Source: an archaeon
Lineage (GTDB): Archaea; Nanobdellota; Nanobdellia; Pacearchaeales; GW2011-AR1
Reading direction: 5' to 3'
NCBI GenBank assembly: GCA_043810775.1
Contig: JBDRNU010000002.1
Coordinates: 1 to 52,545, forward strand
DNA: 52,545 nt
Both the position numbers and the translations under genes were made by a program. The notes under the pieces were generated by a model that had not been told where the DNA came from, did no database searches, and was given only the letters and a program-made list of their open reading frames with translations. Positions 48,857 through 52,545 of the stretch are shown here, piece by piece. Within the stretch, counting starts at the first letter, position 1, and every line of letters begins with the position of its first letter.

Positions 48857-48929
48857 GCCTCAATAGCTCAGCTGGTAGAGCAACGCTCCCGTAAAGCGTG
48901 GGTCGCAGGTTCAAATCCTGCTTGAGGCT
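48857..48929 (+). tRNA. tRNA-Thr(CGT)
   Basis: GCCTCAA/TTGAGGC acceptor, ACGCT-CCCGTAA-AGCGT, GGTTCAAATCC. Confidence 0.9.
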
Positions 48930-48930
48930 T

Positions 48931-49027
48931 GCTAACCTTTAAAAAAGGTTACCAAACAGCGAGACTAAATCTTACTGATGTAAGATATTACCTCACCACA
49001 TTAACTTCCTTCATAGAGTTAGTTAAT
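48931..49027 (-). repeat. Three-hairpin element family 1, copy D, within a 15-bp duplication of the tRNA-Thr 3' end
   Basis: TTGAGGCTTGCTAAC at 48922-48936 and 49045-49059. Confidence 0.85.
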
Positions 49028-49061
49028 GATCAGTCAAGTAGGATTTGAGGCTTGCTAACTC

Positions 49062-49412
49062 TTATTCTGAATCATAATTAAAAGGAGTTTGAAAGTGCTG
49101 GGGCAAGACATCTTGGTATTTTTTCTGGATTCTTTCAAAAATTTCACCATACTTTGCTAAGTCTTCTTCATTGAAAAAAGAGGCAGTTCCAATTCTAAAT
49201 AAGAATATTGCAAGAGCATGATGTGAAGGCCGAAACTCTTTTTTCTCAAGCTTAAATAGATAATCACTTAGCTGCCTCCTCAATAGCTCGTGATATCTTT
49301 CAGGAATAGGGATATCAAGCTGTTTAAGGAGAAGAATCTGGTGAGCTATGCTTGGATTGCTACCATCATTACAAATCTGGTCGTATAAATCACAAGCTTC
49401 TTCTAAATCCAT
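49062..49412 (-). CDS. Hypothetical protein
   Basis: 116-aa ORF with TATA. Confidence 0.5.
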   Translation of the reverse strand: MDLEEACDLYDQICNDGSNPSIAHQILLLKQLDIPIPERYHELLRRQLSDYLFKLEKKEFRPSHHALAIFLFRIGTASFFNEEDLAKYGEIFERIQKKYQDVLPQHFQTPFNYDSE

Positions 49413-49491
49413 TAGATAATCTTTATAATTAGTATTTATAAATTTAGCGCATTGATAAGCTTTATAAATAATTACTTCTTGCTAAATTCAT

Positions 49492-49641
49492 GCGGGGGTG
49501 CCGGAGTGGCCAAACGGGCAGGACTCAGATAAACTAAATATTTAGGAAATCTGAATGCCAAACTTAAGGTCCTCCGAAAACATGGAGGAGGAGAAATCCT
49601 GTGGGTTAGTCCCTACGAAGGTTCGAATCCTTCCTCCCGCA
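49492..49641 (+). tRNA. tRNA-Leu(TAA) with two introns (49523-49561 at 30/31; 49569-49595 at 37/38)
   Basis: BHB-like motifs (GGCA/TGCC helix; TCCTCC/GGAGGA helix); spliced arm CAGGA-CTTAAGA-TCCTG; long variable arm, A73. Confidence 0.8.
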
Positions 49642-49648
49642 TTTTCTG

Positions 49649-49996
49649 ATGAAAATGCTAGATAAAATTAGGGAAATAGTAAATCAGTATTATTCTAATC
49701 ATAAAAAATTTGCTTTAGTCTGCCTGACAACTTTTTGCTTAGGAATGGCTGCCAATGCTGAATATGGTTCTAGATTAGCAATTAGAGAAGACGAAGTTAG
49801 AAGAAAGGCATACTCTTATTTTCTTCAAGAGCAAATTGGAAGAGAAGAAACAAGAGTGGAAGAATTTGAAAAAATGAGAAATTTTATGATTGGATATAAT
49901 GCACACTTAAATGAACAGGAAGGAAGAGAGAAGACTGAGCTTGAAGAAGTCAGCAATATGGATGAGATTTTAAAAATCAAAAGAGAGATTAGCTAG
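49649..49996 (+). CDS. Hypothetical protein with one hydrophobic segment
   Basis: 115-aa ORF. Confidence 0.5.
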   Translation: MKMLDKIREIVNQYYSNHKKFALVCLTTFCLGMAANAEYGSRLAIREDEVRRKAYSYFLQEQIGREETRVEEFEKMRNFMIGYNAHLNEQEGREKTELEEVSNMDEILKIKREIS

Positions 49997-50074
49997 ATTT
50001 TCCTTTTGATAATTTAAGAAGATTTTTAAATGTCCTATCATACTATATAATATATCAAAACAGAGGTTTTCAAG

Positions 50075-50725
50075 ATGGATATAAAAGGAGTGCTAGACAG
50101 CTTGCAGGGTATTCAGGGAGTGGATCTTAGAATTCTTCCTGATGACTATCATTTAATTATCACTATAGCAATTTACACAATACTAATAGCAATTTATGCC
50201 ATATTTGTATATAAATTCTACAGATTTTTAGGAAGAAGAGATATACTAAAACTAGATTTAAACCAGTATAATAAGACTGATCATCCTGGATGGAATAAAT
50301 TTTTTGCTTCAGTATTTTTTATTTTAGAGTATATAATTGTCCTTCCAATCATAGTTATATTTTGGTTTTTATTTTTAGCTATATTTTTATTACTTCTTTC
50401 TGAAGACCAGACTATAGCACAGGTATTGCTAGTTGCCGGAGGGATAGTAGCTTCAATAAGACTGACTTCTTATTTTAGCGAGGACTTGAGCAAGGACCTT
50501 GCAAAGATATTTCCCTTTACAGTGCTAGCTATATTTTTGCTTAATCCTGATTTCTTTTTGCTGTCTAATCTTGTCAGCAAGGCTGCAGAAATTCCAATGC
50601 TTTTAAGGAATATTTACATTTATGTTATTTTTATTGTATCTCTTGAAGCTGCATTGAGGATAGTTTTTATCTTTGTAGATGCAATGGTAGACAGCGAGCT
50701 TTCCAGCGGGAAAGATGGTAAGTAG
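50075..50725 (+). CDS. Multi-pass membrane protein
   Basis: ~5 TM, SIRLTSYFSEDLSKDLAK motif, SD GAGGT. Confidence 0.7.
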   Translation: MDIKGVLDSLQGIQGVDLRILPDDYHLIITIAIYTILIAIYAIFVYKFYRFLGRRDILKLDLNQYNKTDHPGWNKFFASVFFILEYIIVLPIIVIFWFLFLAIFLLLLSEDQTIAQVLLVAGGIVASIRLTSYFSEDLSKDLAKIFPFTVLAIFLLNPDFFLLSNLVSKAAEIPMLLRNIYIYVIFIVSLEAALRIVFIFVDAMVDSELSSGKDGK

Positions 50726-50778
50726 TCAGCGTTAACTTTATATAGGTTAATTCTTAATAAAAATCAATAATTGGGAAC

Positions 50779-51495
50779 ATGACATTTGACAGAAGTGCTT
50801 ATATGAAAGCTAAGATGCAGGCAAAAAGAAATGAAGCGAGAGCTAACATTGGAGAGTTTGCAAGAAGGTCTTATGAAAGCAGTTTTGAGGAAATTCTCAA
50901 TGGAAGTAAAAAAGAGTTCTGGTTTTGGGAAAACAGGCTAGAGGCAATTGAATTCAAGATTAAATCAGGAAATTATAATATTGGGGAAATGGATAGTGTT
51001 TGGAGAAAGCTAAAGGAAATGGCTATGAAAAAGCCAGAAATGAGAAAAAAGGCAAGTGAGATTATGTATAAGCTTGAGCTTGCTAAGGAAAGAAAAAGTG
51101 TAGATTATAGTTTAAGGGACTTGGCTAGAGATAATAGAATAAAATTATATTTTAATCAGGGGAAATTAAACAATAAAGATATTGATGGGCTTATATCAAA
51201 TAGAAATGTTGATTTAGAGTGCAAGCTGGGAATATTGGGCAGAAATATTGAAACTAGTGAAAAAGGCGAGCTTCAAATCATAATGAATTATGTTAGGAAA
51301 AACTATAAGAATTGCAATAGCTGTTATGAAGGATTAATGGCTAGGAGAGTTAATAGCAAGGCTAAAGCAAGATATTCAAATTTGATTAATCAGGAAAGTG
51401 AAGAAAGCATTGAAGTTAAAGAAAGTTTATTTAGCAGAATGAAAAGTTATTTTGGAAGATTATTAAAGCCAGTTGAAGAGTGGCAGGCTGCTTAA
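50779..51495 (+). CDS. Hypothetical protein
   Basis: 238-aa ORF. Confidence 0.55.
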   Translation: MTFDRSAYMKAKMQAKRNEARANIGEFARRSYESSFEEILNGSKKEFWFWENRLEAIEFKIKSGNYNIGEMDSVWRKLKEMAMKKPEMRKKASEIMYKLELAKERKSVDYSLRDLARDNRIKLYFNQGKLNNKDIDGLISNRNVDLECKLGILGRNIETSEKGELQIIMNYVRKNYKNCNSCYEGLMARRVNSKAKARYSNLINQESEESIEVKESLFSRMKSYFGRLLKPVEEWQAA

Positions 51496-51558
51496 TTTTT
51501 AATAAAGTTTTTAAACTCTACTTCTTTTAGTAAAGAAGCAAAACACGATTAACATAAA

Positions 51559-52500
51559 ATGAAAAAGGTGCTCTTATTTTTTATTGGAATATTATTAGTT
51601 TGTTCTTTAAGCTTAGTGATTGCTGATGGAAATTGCACTGACAGTGATAATGGCAAGGATTATTATGTCAGGGGAGAGATAAATGGAAATGATATTAATA
51701 ATTATAGTTATAATAATGCAAGTGACTCTTGCATGAATGTCCCTTCTCTGCAAGGTGATGAAGTTAATGAAAGTGATTATCTTGGTGAGTTTTATTGTGA
51801 TAATAATATAGTGGCCTTAGATATAAAAAATTGCTCGTGTGAAAATGGGGTTTGTATTAATCAAACTAGCGATGATGACGATGATGATTTGAATGAGACA
51901 GATGATGACGATGATAATGACGCGAATGATGATAATGATGATTCTGGTAATTCAGGAGCAATTGTAACTAAGAACAAGACTAAAGGTGAGAAAAAATCAA
52001 GCTTCTTGCCATGGCAGAAGAGAAGCGAAGATGAATGTCCTGAAGGATGCTCATGCCATGGAGCTGTAACTAGCTGCAAGACTTCAACTGGAAAGACAAT
52101 GACTATTGAAGCAGGCAGGTCAGGAAATATAATAATAATTACAATTGAAAAAATTGGAGTAGAAACTGAGCTTGAGGTTGAAAGTGAGCTAGATGATAGC
52201 AACAATACTAAGCTAAGTGCCAAGCTTTCAAATGGACAGATTAAGAGGCTTAACTTGATGCCAGATGAAGCTCAAGTAAGAGTAAGAGAAAGAGCAAGAA
52301 TTTGCGAAGGTGAAGGAAACTGCACAGTGAAGCTTCAGGAAATTAAAGGAGAGTTAATGTATGAGTTTGAAGGCAACAAAGAAAGCAGATTATTTGCTTT
52401 ATTTAAGAAGCAGATGAAAATACAAGCTAGAATTGATGCAGAAACCGGAGAAGTCAGCAAGATTAAGAAGCCATGGTGGGCTTTATTAGCTAGTGAATAG
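51559..52500 (+). CDS. Secreted protein: CxDSDxG Cys domain, poly-Asp linker, PepSY-like KKPWW C-terminus (paralog of 37978)
   Basis: Signal peptide, CTDSDNGKDYYVRG...C.NG.C; C-terminal 233 bp near-identical to 38425-38657. Confidence 0.75.
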   Translation: MKKVLLFFIGILLVCSLSLVIADGNCTDSDNGKDYYVRGEINGNDINNYSYNNASDSCMNVPSLQGDEVNESDYLGEFYCDNNIVALDIKNCSCENGVCINQTSDDDDDDLNETDDDDDNDANDDNDDSGNSGAIVTKNKTKGEKKSSFLPWQKRSEDECPEGCSCHGAVTSCKTSTGKTMTIEAGRSGNIIIITIEKIGVETELEVESELDDSNNTKLSAKLSNGQIKRLNLMPDEAQVRVRERARICEGEGNCTVKLQEIKGELMYEFEGNKESRLFALFKKQMKIQARIDAETGEVSKIKKPWWALLASE

Positions 52501-52514
52501 TCAAGCTTTAGAAA
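52498..52514 (-). repeat. Truncated family-1 remnant
   Basis: TAGTCAAGCTTTAGAAA identical to 19141-19157. Confidence 0.5.
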
Positions 52515-52545
52515 TCAGTAGGTTTTTTATTCTGAAATATGAAAA

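Noticed and set aside
48931-49027. Known self-cleaving ribozyme (HDV-like/theta, twister, pistol, hatchet, hammerhead)
   Set aside because: I could not fit the required pseudoknots or catalytic cores by eye; an Infernal search is needed for formal exclusion
49526-49528. Simple tRNA-Leu(CAG) call
   Set aside because: It gives A37 and a poor BHB, while the two-intron TAA model explains both internal helices; kept only as a possible alternative product
50747-51506. TTAATTyTTAATAAA repeat around ORF 50779
   Set aside because: Almost pure A/T, and the first copy lies downstream of the promoter; likely chance
5963-52223. Remaining antisense or nested ORF-track calls (e.g. 5963, 14559, 14904, 27569, 34363, 35174, 51861)
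   Set aside because: They overlap well-supported genes on the opposite strand or in another frame and lack motifs
38425-52496. DGR template/variable repeat pair
   Set aside because: Mismatches are not confined to adenines of one copy, both copies are coding, and no reverse transcriptase is in the window

Overview
AT-rich (~30% GC, estimated by eye) archaeal chromosome segment, most likely DPANN (Pacearchaeota/Woesearchaeota-like). The lineage is inferred from archaeal dnaG, diphthine synthase, DTD2, TrmB, BRE/TATA promoters and bulge-helix-bulge (BHB) tRNA introns. Housekeeping genes (dnaG, nfo, smc, rnhB, dut, ileS, argS, dph5, a tRNA methylthiotransferase) alternate with ORFans and surface proteins. 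The latter include a >1350-aa LamG protein missed by the ORF track and a tandem of four paralogous fibre-like genes. There are four tRNAs: iMet with a T-loop intron, Ser-GCT, Thr-CGT, and a two-intron Leu-TAA. The strongest unexplained signal is non-coding. Two families of short hairpin elements occur, one with five covarying three-hairpin copies, and several single accessory genes sit between 15-22 bp duplications of host sequence. The hairpin elements often carry an extra inverted copy of the target. No transposase, integrase or reverse transcriptase lies in the window. Other oddities are an Ile-rich leader peptide before cimA-ileS, a GLHH-type IleRS, a zinc-hook Smc, GGDEF/HD-GYP/DAC signalling enzymes, a lytic transglycosylase, and C33 in two tRNAs. 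All calls come from manual reading and motif recognition; no searches were run.
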